64,000 nt of DNA from Parcubacteria group bacterium (GTDB lineage Bacteria; Patescibacteriota; Minisyncoccia; Moranbacterales; UBA9337). The notes beneath the pieces were generated by a model. It was not told the DNA's origin, did not search any database, and saw nothing but the letters and a program-made list of their open reading frames with translations. Of this stretch, positions 9,767 through 18,678 are shown one piece after another; position 1 is the first letter of the stretch, and every line of letters begins with the position of its first letter. The stretch spans positions 75,454 to 139,453 of the forward strand of contig JBAZSW010000004.1 in NCBI GenBank assembly GCA_041662245.1, in the 5' to 3' direction. A program made the position numbers and the translations under genes.

Positions 9767-10552
9767 TTAAGCTTTCCATCTATCATTAATCGCATTTCTA
9801 ACAGGAGCAAATGTTTTGCGGTGAATTTTACAAGGACCATTTTGTTTTAATGCTTCAATATGAATTTTAGTGCCATAACCCTTGTGTTTGGCAAATTGAT
9901 AGGCGGGATATTCTTTATCAAACTTATTCATTATCCTATCTCGCGTAACTTTGGCAATTATAGAAGCAGCTGAGATTGATTTTACTAATTTATCACCGCT
10001 AATTATTGCTTTTTGCTCTAGCGAAAAATTAGGAATCATTTTGTCCCCATCTACTAAAATTATTATTTTTTTCTGCTCTTTAATTTGAGATTTTAAATCT
10101 CCAATTGCTTTTTTCATTGCTAGAAATGTCGCCTCCAAAACATTTATTCTATCTACCGTTTCGTGATTACAAATCCCCACTCCCACATAAAAATTTTCCA
10201 TAATAAATCCAAAAACCTCCTCTCGTCTTTTCTCGCTCAATTTTTTAGAATCTCTGATTAAATCCCACATCCTTTCCTCTCCCCCTCTCCGAGGGGGAGA
10301 TGTCCGAAGGACAGAGGGGGTGTTTCCTATTTTTTTATCATTTGAATTTGATTTGAAATTTGAAATTTGAAATTTTGAATTCCGAACCACTACCGCCGCT
10401 GCCACTACTGGTCCGGCCAGCGGTCCCCTGCCTGCCTCGTCCACACCCACCACAAAATCCCAACCTTTACCAAAAAGATCTTTTTCTAATTCAAACCTGT
10501 CAATCGCAACTGACGGGTTCAAAGTAGATTCTAATTTTACTTTATTTTTCAT
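9767..10552 (-). CDS. rnhB: Ribonuclease HII with in-frame repeat insertion
   Basis: GVDEAGRGPLAGPV, DSKKLS, SISAASIIAKVTRD, HKGYGT, IHRKTF. Confidence 0.97.
   Translation of the reverse strand: MKNKVKLESTLNPSVAIDRFELEKDLFGKGWDFVVGVDEAGRGPLAGPVVAAAVVVRNSKFQISNFKSNSNDKKIGNTPSVLRTSPPRRGGEERMWDLIRDSKKLSEKRREEVFGFIMENFYVGVGICNHETVDRINVLEATFLAMKKAIGDLKSQIKEQKKIIILVDGDKMIPNFSLEQKAIISGDKLVKSISAASIIAKVTRDRIMNKFDKEYPAYQFAKHKGYGTKIHIEALKQNGPCKIHRKTFAPVRNAINDRWKA
10278..10382. repeat. GC hairpin element plus heptamer tract inside rnhB
   Basis: tctccccctc-tcc-gagggggaga and tgtcc-gaa-ggaca hairpins followed by (TTTGAAA)n-type tract. Confidence 0.85.
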
Positions 10553-10783
10553 ATATTTTTAATCATATTAGCACTTTAGCATATTAGTATAAAAACAATA
10601 CAAATGTTCAATAACCAATATTCAATATAAAGATCCTAAGTCTTAAATTCCTAGCTTCCTATTATTCCTAAATTCTTTAAGTATTGCTTTTTCCACATTT
10701 TAATTATACACTTTTTAAACAACTTACAAAGTTGTAATAAAAAAAATAGTACCTCTTACCTTCAATAATATAGGAGAAACAAG

Positions 10784-11527
10784 ATGAAAAAAAGACCAAT
10801 TGGCTTTTCGACTGGAACATTCTTTAAATTCCTAGACCCCATAGTGAAAGAAGCTGTTTATTTCGTGCAAGATTTTGGATGCGACACCATTGAGATTAAC
10901 TGGCATCGCAAAGAATCTCAGCCTCCTCATAAAAATCTAGGCACATTAATTGACAAGCAATTTCAATACGTATCCCTACATTTACCCGTTAATATGTCTG
11001 ACGGTAGTGGTATTTTTAAGGCTAATGAAATTTTAAATCGAGCTTATAGATTTTTTTCTCAGTGTCACGCTTTCAGTCATGCGGTGATTCATCCAAATCT
11101 AATAGTTGATTGGGATGAATTTTATCAGATGTTTAACCACAATCTTGCATTGCCCTTGGCTATTGAAAATATGGACGATCGAAAAAAGTCCTTTAGAGAT
11201 TTACCGTCGCTGTTGGAATTTTTTAAAAAATATCCAGCTATTAGCCTAGTATTTGATGTTAATCATTGGATTATTAATGGCAACAGCGTTTCATCCATTT
11301 CCAAAACTCTCGAAGCGCTTTTTTTGGCTGGAATTAAATTGGTTGGAATTCATCTTAGCGGAGCTGGATTTCATGAACCACTTTTTAGGACTCCCCGTGC
11401 AACGGAAATTGTAAAGTCACTAAGTATACTTCCGTCAAACATTCCCATTATCATCGAAAGTATTTTTGAAAACACAAATGAGCCCGCTCAGGAATTGGCT
11501 TTTATCAAAAAATATCTAGAAATTTAA
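10784..11527 (+). CDS. Xylose isomerase/AP endonuclease 2-like TIM-barrel protein
   Basis: SLHLP, VIHP, IENMD, FDVNH, IHLSG, IIES metal-ligand pattern; AGGAG SD. Confidence 0.7.
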   Translation: MKKRPIGFSTGTFFKFLDPIVKEAVYFVQDFGCDTIEINWHRKESQPPHKNLGTLIDKQFQYVSLHLPVNMSDGSGIFKANEILNRAYRFFSQCHAFSHAVIHPNLIVDWDEFYQMFNHNLALPLAIENMDDRKKSFRDLPSLLEFFKKYPAISLVFDVNHWIINGNSVSSISKTLEALFLAGIKLVGIHLSGAGFHEPLFRTPRATEIVKSLSILPSNIPIIIESIFENTNEPAQELAFIKKYLEI

Positions 11528-11550
11528 TATTCACTAGGAGGGACACTCCC

Positions 11551-11853
11551 ATGCAGAAATATTATATCGCATTAATAATATCAAAAGAGCCCATTAATCT
11601 TCCTGAGGATTTATTAAAAGGTAAGGGCATTAGACATTTAATAGCCGAAGAATTTGAGGTAGGAGAAGATATCATATCCGACCCAACCAACGAAGACTAT
11701 TGGCAAATCAAAAAATCTGCCCCAAAGCATTGTGGCGGGATAAATCAACTGCACTATGGAAATGGATTAACAATTTCAGTGGCCATATTAAATTGGCTCA
11801 AAAATCTTTGTGCTTCCACTGCCTATAATCCGTTCTACTTTCAAAAAAGTTGA
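11551..11853 (+). CDS. Hypothetical protein
   Basis: 100-aa ORF with AGGAGG SD, directly downstream of the previous gene. Confidence 0.6.
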   Translation: MQKYYIALIISKEPINLPEDLLKGKGIRHLIAEEFEVGEDIISDPTNEDYWQIKKSAPKHCGGINQLHYGNGLTISVAILNWLKNLCASTAYNPFYFQKS

Positions 11854-11878
11854 GTAAATATTATTCTTTTTTCTAAAA

Positions 11879-11911
11879 AAGTGGGCAAAAGACGAAGTCT
11901 TTTGCCCACTT
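11879..11911 (+). terminator. Intrinsic terminator
   Basis: aagtgggcaaaagac-gaa-gtcttttgcccactt, perfect 15-bp stem then T-rich tail. Confidence 0.8.
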
Positions 11912-12094
11912 ATTTTATTTATTACCAACTCTTCAAAAAACAAACTCACCGTCTTCTCACGGCCATGAAAAGACTGTGAATTTAATTTTCTAAATTAATA
12001 TATGATCAAATTTGTATTTATTTGTAATTTCGTATGAGTTCGCCCGCCTGCAACGCTGTAGCACTGCGAACAGGTATTTTGTAGAGAACACCCC

Positions 12095-12123
12095 TTTTCA
12101 ATTCAAGTATTCCATGCTACAAT
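12095..12123 (+). promoter_or_regulatory. Sigma70-type promoter (extended -10)
   Basis: TTTTCA-17 bp-TACAAT with TG at the extended -10 position. Confidence 0.5.
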
Positions 12124-12151
12124 AATTTTGTTAAATAAAAGTTAATTCTAA

Positions 12152-12406
12152 CTTGCAAAAGCCACAGAGCAATCGGGCGTATGAAGATAGAATAAATAAA
12201 TGTTTACGTTTTATAAAAAATTATATCTCAAACCCTGCTTTTTTAAAGTTGAGGTTTTTAATTTTTCACAAAAATAAAATATTTTTGTGAAAAATTATCC
12301 CGCCCAAAACCTTAACTAACTAATCGAGCTGGTAGAAAATAAGCCGAAGGCGATTTAGAGAACAGCCTATCTGCAAACTCCGGCTGACCCTGGGTTTTGT
12401 TGCGGG
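12152..12406 (+). ncRNA. Candidate structured RNA (6S-like or unknown)
   Basis: 12152-12190 pairs with 12367-12406 as a long irregular helix rich in G-U pairs; internal nested hairpins; promoter upstream. Confidence 0.5.
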
Positions 12407-12436
12407 ATATTTTTCGCTCTAAATTGCAAGGAATAA

Positions 12437-12494
12437 ACCCCTCCCCAACCCCTGCCTACCGGCAGGCAGGCTTCCCTTGCTAAGGGCAAGGGGT
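12437..12494. repeat. 20-bp palindrome nested in a CCCCTCCCC...GGG hairpin repeat
   Basis: cctgcctaccggcaggcagg (12451-12470) interrupts acccctccccaacc|cttcccttgctaagggcaagggg. Confidence 0.7.
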
Positions 12495-12528
12495 CAAGAA
12501 GAATAAAATTATTATAATCAAAAAAATT

Positions 12529-15500
12529 ATGGAAAACGACCCTCAAACAATCAAACCTACTAATAAATTTACTCATCTTCATGTTCATAGTCACTATTCA
12601 TTACTGGATGGGCTAGCTAAAATTGATGATCTTCTAAAAAGAGCTAAGGAATTAGGCATGGACTCGCTAGCACTGACCGATCACGGAGTGATGTATGGAA
12701 TTGTAGAATTTTTTATTAAAGCCAAAGAAGCAGGCATTAAACCCATTATTGGTTGTGAAATGTATCTTACTCCCGCTAGTCGTACCAGCAAAAATAACAC
12801 CGCTGAAGATAAAACTCGTTATCATTTAACTCTCTTGGTTAAGAATGAAAAAGGCTACAAAAACTTAATGAAATTAGTTTCCGTTGCTCATCTGGAAGGT
12901 TTTTATTATAAACCTCGTATTGATAAAGAAATTTTAGAAAAATACTGCGAAGGATTAATTTGTATGAGTGGTTGTGTCCAAGGAGAAATTCCTCAAACTA
13001 TTATTAAAAAAACATATGAAGAAGCCAAGGAAATAGCTCTTTGGTATGATAAAATTTTTGGTCGAGGAAATTTCTATATGGAGTTGCAACACCATCCAGG
13101 ACAAGCTGATCAAAAGTTTGCTAATGGAGGTATGATTCAAATATCCAAAGAAACTGGCATCCCTGTAGTCGCCACAGGAGATATTCATTATACCAAAGCG
13201 GAAGATGCTGAAACTCAAGACATCCTTCTTTGTATTCAGATGAATAGAAAGGTTCATGAAAAAAACAGACTGAGCTTAATGGACTTTCATCTCTATATGA
13301 AATCACCCGAAGAGATGGAGGAATTTTTTAAAGATGTTCCCAATGCCGTTAGCAACACCCAAGAAATAGTAGCTAAATGTAATTATGATATTCCCTTGGG
13401 AGAAATTCAACTTCCTTATTTTGAAGTACCCAAAGAGTTCGATGATAAAAGCTACTTGAGATATTTGACCCAAAAGGGTCTTGAAGAAAAATTTGGAGAC
13501 AAAATTACTGACAAGCACCGCGAAAGAATGGAATACGAACTTTCCATTATTGAAAAAATGGGATATTCTCCCTACTTTTTAATCGTTCAAGATTTTGTTA
13601 ACTGGGCTAAACAGCAAGGAATCGTGGTGGGTCCCGGAAGAGGAAGCGCAGCAGGAAGCTTCGTTTCTTATTTGGTGGGAATTACCAATCTTGATCCAAT
13701 TAAATATGATTTGCTTTTTGAAAGATTCCTAAATCCCGAAAGAGTTTCGATGCCTGATGTTGATATGGATTTCGCTGATGATAGGCGCGACGAAGTTTTA
13801 GATTATGTGAGAAAAAAATATGGTGATGATCATGTGGCTCAAATTATTACTTTTGGAACAATGGCGGCTCGTGCAGCCATTCGCGATGCAGGACGTGCTT
13901 TGGATTATCCTTATGACTATTGCGATAAAACAGCCAAGATGATTCCTATGTTTTCCACTATCGCCGAAGCATTAGAGGATGTGCCAGAATTTAGTAATTT
14001 TTATAATTCAGATAAAGATGCTAAAAAATTAATTGATAGTGCTAAAAATTTAGAAGGAGTTTGTCGACATGCTTCTATGCATGCTTGTGGAGTAGTAATT
14101 ACCAAAGAGCCTGTTACTAATTATTCTCCCCTTCAAAAAATTATTGGCAAAGAAGATGGAGTAGTAACTCAATATTCTTCTTCAACTAAAAGTAGCTACG
14201 TGGAAAAAATTGGCCTACTCAAAATGGACTTTTTGGGACTAAAAAATTTAACCATCATTCAAAATGCTATCAACATTATTGAAAAAACCAAAGGAGTTAA
14301 AATAAATATTGATGATATCCCTCTAGATGATGAGGCTACTTATAAACTATTGCAAGCTGCTCATACCACAGGAGTATTCCAGTTGGAATCCTCAGGCATG
14401 AAGCGTTATTTAAAACAACTCAAACCCAACAATCTCGAAGATGTAATTGCAATGGTGGCATTATATCGTCCCGGACCAATGGACTGGATTCCTGATTTTA
14501 TTGACAGAAAGCACGGACGAAAAAGGATTGAATACATTCATCCTAAATTGGAACCCATCTTAAATAAAACTTATGGAGTAGCTGTTTATCAAGAACAAGT
14601 GATGCAAATGGCTCAAAGCTTAGCAGGTTATTCCTTAGGGGGTGCTGATATGCTCAGGAAAGCGATGGGTAAAAAAATTCCCGAATTAATTCAGAAAGAA
14701 AAAATTAAATTCATTGATGGAGCTGTACAAAACGGAGTTAACAGAAAAGATGCCGAAAAAATATTTGCCTTTATTGAGCCTTTTGCAGGCTACGGATTTA
14801 ATCGTAGTCATGCCGCTTGTTATGCTCTTGTTGGTTACCAAACGGCTTATCTCAAAGCCCATTATCCAGCGGAATTCATGGCTGCTTTAATGACCTCTGA
14901 CCAAGGCAACATCGAAAGAATCGCTATTGAAGTGGAGGAATCTCAAGATATTGGAATTGCAGTTTTACCACCTAACGTTAATGAAAGTTTTGGGGAATTT
15001 GCCGTAATTAAAAGTGAAAATGACAAAGTAAATATTCGCTTTGGTTTGAAAGCTATTAAAAATGTAGGCCATACTGTGGCTGATGAAATTGTTAAAGAAA
15101 GAAAACGAAATGGAAAATACAAATCCTTGGCCGATTTCTTAGAAAGAGTTATTACAAAAGATTTAAACAAAAAATCTATTGAAGCATTGGCTAAAGTGGG
15201 TGCGTTAGATGATTTAGGGGAAAGAAACCAAATTATCGAAAACATTGAAATTATCTTGAATTTTTCCAAAAGTATTCAAAAAATAAACAATGCCAATCAA
15301 GATAATCTTTTTGGCGCAATGGAAATAAAAACTCCTGCCATCAAATTAGCGCTAACGATTCCCGCTACCAAAAATCAAAGGTTACATTGGGAAAAGGAGC
15401 TTTTAGGATTGTATGTTTCTGATCATCCTATTTCTGAATACAAATATTTTTTTGAAAAAATGACCACTCCAATTTCATCACTAGATAATTCCATGGTTGG

Positions 15501-16035
15501 CAAAAGTGTTAAGGTAGGAGGAGTAATTACTAAAGTACAAAGAATCATGACCAAGCGAAAGCAAAACATGGCTTTTGTCACCATTGAAGATTTAAGAGGG
15601 AGAATCGAGCTTTTGGTTTTTCCTTTTGTCCTAGAAACCACGGGAGCGGTTTGGCAAGAAGAAAAAATAATTTTAGCTGATGGAAAATTATCCGATAAAG
15701 ATGGCTCATTTAAATTAATTGTTGATGATGCTAAAGTGGTTGATGATGCCGAGATGAATAAATTTAAAAGAATCTTAGTTACTCAAGAAAAAAATAATCG
15801 TCCGATTTCTCAAATTGACGTCTCTAAAATGATTATCACTTTTCCTAAATCTGCCAGCAAAAGCACCATAGGCAGACTTTCTAAATTATTCGATTCTTGC
15901 ACATTAGGGAAAACTTTGATTTTCCTTTATATTAACGGCACTAAAATACAAACCAACTACAGCTTGCAACTAGACGATGCCTTGATGGAAAAAATAAAAG
16001 AAATTATCCCCAAAGGAGAATTTAAAATGGAATAA
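12529..16035 (+). CDS. dnaE: DNA polymerase III alpha subunit
   Basis: HLHVHSHYSLLDG, GPGRGSAAGS, FERFLNPERVSMPDVDMDF, GLLKMDFLGL, YGFNRSHA. Confidence 0.99.
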   Translation: MENDPQTIKPTNKFTHLHVHSHYSLLDGLAKIDDLLKRAKELGMDSLALTDHGVMYGIVEFFIKAKEAGIKPIIGCEMYLTPASRTSKNNTAEDKTRYHLTLLVKNEKGYKNLMKLVSVAHLEGFYYKPRIDKEILEKYCEGLICMSGCVQGEIPQTIIKKTYEEAKEIALWYDKIFGRGNFYMELQHHPGQADQKFANGGMIQISKETGIPVVATGDIHYTKAEDAETQDILLCIQMNRKVHEKNRLSLMDFHLYMKSPEEMEEFFKDVPNAVSNTQEIVAKCNYDIPLGEIQLPYFEVPKEFDDKSYLRYLTQKGLEEKFGDKITDKHRERMEYELSIIEKMGYSPYFLIVQDFVNWAKQQGIVVGPGRGSAAGSFVSYLVGITNLDPIKYDLLFERFLNPERVSMPDVDMDFADDRRDEVLDYVRKKYGDDHVAQIITFGTMAARAAIRDAGRALDYPYDYCDKTAKMIPMFSTIAEALEDVPEFSNFYNSDKDAKKLIDSAKNLEGVCRHASMHACGVVITKEPVTNYSPLQKIIGKEDGVVTQYSSSTKSSYVEKIGLLKMDFLGLKNLTIIQNAINIIEKTKGVKINIDDIPLDDEATYKLLQAAHTTGVFQLESSGMKRYLKQLKPNNLEDVIAMVALYRPGPMDWIPDFIDRKHGRKRIEYIHPKLEPILNKTYGVAVYQEQVMQMAQSLAGYSLGGADMLRKAMGKKIPELIQKEKIKFIDGAVQNGVNRKDAEKIFAFIEPFAGYGFNRSHAACYALVGYQTAYLKAHYPAEFMAALMTSDQGNIERIAIEVEESQDIGIAVLPPNVNESFGEFAVIKSENDKVNIRFGLKAIKNVGHTVADEIVKERKRNGKYKSLADFLERVITKDLNKKSIEALAKVGALDDLGERNQIIENIEIILNFSKSIQKINNANQDNLFGAMEIKTPAIKLALTIPATKNQRLHWEKELLGLYVSDHPISEYKYFFEKMTTPISSLDNSMVGKSVKVGGVITKVQRIMTKRKQNMAFVTIEDLRGRIELLVFPFVLETTGAVWQEEKIILADGKLSDKDGSFKLIVDDAKVVDDAEMNKFKRILVTQEKNNRPISQIDVSKMIITFPKSASKSTIGRLSKLFDSCTLGKTLIFLYINGTKIQTNYSLQLDDALMEKIKEIIPKGEFKME

Positions 16036-16043
16036 AATTAAAT

Positions 16044-16069
16044 TCCGAGCGCCCAATTGGGCGCTCGGA
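16044..16069. repeat. Perfect 26-bp palindrome between convergent genes (terminator or REP-like)
   Basis: tccgagcgcccaa|ttgggcgctcgga. Confidence 0.75.
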
Positions 16070-16087
16070 GATTAAAACTGACAAAGA

Positions 16088-16747
16088 CTATTTATTAAAA
16101 TATTCAATCACTTTTCTAAAGTCATCTGCGATTAAATCTGCTTTTTGAATAACTTTCTCACGAGATATATTTTCTGTATAAGCGATAAATTTACCCACAA
16201 CACCAAATTCCTTAGTTTGATAATCTGTCCATCCATCCCCCACCATAATCAATTCTCCCTCTAAATTGAGAATTTTTATTTGATTAACTTTACCATTGTC
16301 CTGAGCCATTAAATTTTTGCCATTGACTCCGATTAAATTATTCCTATTGTCAAAGATAAATTCATTAGCTAAAATATTTTTTTCAGGAATACCTAGTAGA
16401 TTGATCGTTGGTAAAATTAGATCTTTAAACCCTCCTGAAATAATAAAAATATTTTCTTTATTATTTTTAAAAAAATCTAGATTATCTAAAACTGAACATG
16501 ATAGTTCTCTTTGAATAAAATCCGCTACTTCCGAAACAGTTTTTTTATTCGTTTTAATTAATTCAATTCTCCTTCTTAAAGATTCTGGAAAAGAAATTTC
16601 TCCGTTCATTCCAGATTGAGTTATCTCTTTAATTTTACTAACTATTTCATCTTTATTTTTATTTTCTATTAAAGCTATCTCCGCTAGCAGATCTAGCGTT
16701 TCGATTTTTACGAGTGTACTATCGAAATCAATGATTAATTTTTTCAT
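16088..16747 (-). CDS. HAD-IB phosphatase, phosphoserine phosphatase-like
   Basis: DFDSTL, ISGGF, MVGDGWTD; start set at ATG 16747. Confidence 0.85.
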   Translation of the reverse strand: MKKLIIDFDSTLVKIETLDLLAEIALIENKNKDEIVSKIKEITQSGMNGEISFPESLRRRIELIKTNKKTVSEVADFIQRELSCSVLDNLDFFKNNKENIFIISGGFKDLILPTINLLGIPEKNILANEFIFDNRNNLIGVNGKNLMAQDNGKVNQIKILNLEGELIMVGDGWTDYQTKEFGVVGKFIAYTENISREKVIQKADLIADDFRKVIEYFNK

Positions 16748-16808
16748 ATTTAAGAAAGTAGACAATCTTATAACCCCCATAATTCAAGGCGTCTCTCGAA
16801 GCAAAAAG

Positions 16809-18671
16809 CTATTTTTTTATAAAATCTAAAATTGTTTTCTTTATATTCTCTTCACTAAGCCCAGCCTCGGTTAAAACTTCTTCACGCGAGCCATGTGCCA
16901 AAAATGTATCTGGCAAACCTAAATTTTTAATCAAAACTTCTATTTTATTATCTAAGAAAAATTCATTTACTGCGCTTCCTGCCCCTGCTAACACTGCATT
17001 ATCTTCGACGGTAATAAAATATCTATGATTGATGGAAAGTTTTTTTAAAAGTTTTCCATCTAGAGGCTTTATGAAACGCATATCCACCAAAGTTGCTCCC
17101 ATTTCCTTAGCTATCTTTTCACATCTCCCCAGCATTGTTCCAAAAGATAAAATGGCAATATTTTTTCTAGTCTTTATGACATTGGCTTTCCCTATTATTA
17201 TTTTAGCTTCTATCTTTTTGGAATATTTTTTTAAAACTCCTCCTCGAGGATAACGCACAATAGATGGTCCCTTATGAATGTAAGCAGTCTCCAGCATCGC
17301 ATAACACTCATTTTCATCCGCAGGTGCCATAATTATTATGTTGGGAATCAGGCGCGCAAAAGATAAATCAAAACTTCCATTGTGAGTAGCTCCATCCTCC
17401 CCTACAATACCTGCTCTATCCACCACGAAAAGAACATCTAAATTTTGCAAAGCTACATCATGGATTAATTGATCATAAGCGCGTTGCAAAAAAGAAGAAT
17501 AAATAGCTACTACCGGCTTCTTACCTGCACTCGCCAATCCTGCTGCAAAAGTTACTGCATGTTGTTCGGCAATTCCCACATCGTGATAACGTAAATTAAA
17601 TTTTTTAGAAAACTCACTTAATCCTGAACCTTCACACATAGCAGGAGTAATGGCATGTAAATTTTTATCAACTTTAGCTTTGTCGCAAATCCAATCCGAA
17701 AAAACTTTAGCAAAACTTAATTTATTTTTGGCAGTTAATATCTTTTTGCCTGTTACAGGATCAAATGGTTTTACGGCGTGCAATGAAAAACAATCCTTTT
17801 CTGCAGGAGCGTACCCTTTGCCTTTAGTAGTTATGATATGCAAAAATTTTGGACCTTTTATTTTTTTTAAATTTTCTAAAACCTCTATTAAATTTTCTAC
17901 ATCATGCCCATCAATTGGACCAAAATAATTAAAGCCCAACTCTTCGAAAAGAGTCCCTGGAATGATCATCCCCTTGGTATAAAGCTCTGCTCTTCGCACA
18001 AATTCTTGAATGGTAGGAACTCGCTTTAAAAAATCTCTTCCTTTTTTTCTCAAACTCGTATAAGAGGGGGAAGAAATAAGACGAGTTAAATATTTTCCCA
18101 TCCCCCCTACATTAGGAGAAATAGACATCTTGTTGTCATTTAGAATTACTAGGATATCTGCATTAATATCCCCCGCATGATTGAGCGCCTCCATTGCCAT
18201 TCCTCCTGTTAACGCACCATCTCCAATTACTGCCACGACCTGAGGTGGTTTTTTTTTATTTTTATAAGCTACCGACAAGCCAGTAATTACACTGATTGAA
18301 TTACTAGAATGACCTACACTAAAAGCATCGTATTCACTTTCTTCTCTTTTAGGGAAAGGAGCCAATCCATTTTTTTTTCGAATAGTGTGCATCTTGTCTT
18401 TTCTACCTGTGATTATTTTATGAGGATAAGATTGATGTCCCACATCCCAGATTAATAGATCCCGAGGAGTATCAAAAACTCGATGCAACGCTACTGTAAG
18501 CTCCACAACTCCCAAATTTGAACCAAAATGACCGCCAGTTTTTGCGACACTTTTTACTAGAAAGTTGCGAATATCATCACATAAAAAAACTAAATCTCTT
18601 TTAGAAAGTTTTTTTAGATCATTGGGAAGATTGATTTTTTCTAATATTTTTTTGGTTTTGTTTTTCTTCAT
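16809..18671 (-). CDS. dxs: 1-deoxy-D-xylulose-5-phosphate synthase
   Basis: GGHFGSNLGVVEL, WDVGHQSYPHK, GDGALTGG, LNDNKMSI, GIAEQHA, DRAGIVGEDGATH; start set at 18671. Confidence 0.96.
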   Translation of the reverse strand: MKKNKTKKILEKINLPNDLKKLSKRDLVFLCDDIRNFLVKSVAKTGGHFGSNLGVVELTVALHRVFDTPRDLLIWDVGHQSYPHKIITGRKDKMHTIRKKNGLAPFPKREESEYDAFSVGHSSNSISVITGLSVAYKNKKKPPQVVAVIGDGALTGGMAMEALNHAGDINADILVILNDNKMSISPNVGGMGKYLTRLISSPSYTSLRKKGRDFLKRVPTIQEFVRRAELYTKGMIIPGTLFEELGFNYFGPIDGHDVENLIEVLENLKKIKGPKFLHIITTKGKGYAPAEKDCFSLHAVKPFDPVTGKKILTAKNKLSFAKVFSDWICDKAKVDKNLHAITPAMCEGSGLSEFSKKFNLRYHDVGIAEQHAVTFAAGLASAGKKPVVAIYSSFLQRAYDQLIHDVALQNLDVLFVVDRAGIVGEDGATHNGSFDLSFARLIPNIIIMAPADENECYAMLETAYIHKGPSIVRYPRGGVLKKYSKKIEAKIIIGKANVIKTRKNIAILSFGTMLGRCEKIAKEMGATLVDMRFIKPLDGKLLKKLSINHRYFITVEDNAVLAGAGSAVNEFFLDNKIEVLIKNLGLPDTFLAHGSREEVLTEAGLSEENIKKTILDFIKK

Positions 18672-18678
18672 AAAAAAA

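Noticed and set aside
12152-12406. RNase P, tmRNA, SRP RNA or T-box identity for the structured region
   Set aside because: Hallmark motifs (GAGGAAAGUCC, tRNA-like CCA end, SRP GGAA/AGCAG loop, T-box UGGNACC) not found
12367-12594. 75-aa minus-strand ORF
   Set aside because: Overlaps the dnaE start and reads through the nested repeat (ACLPVGRG); likely spurious
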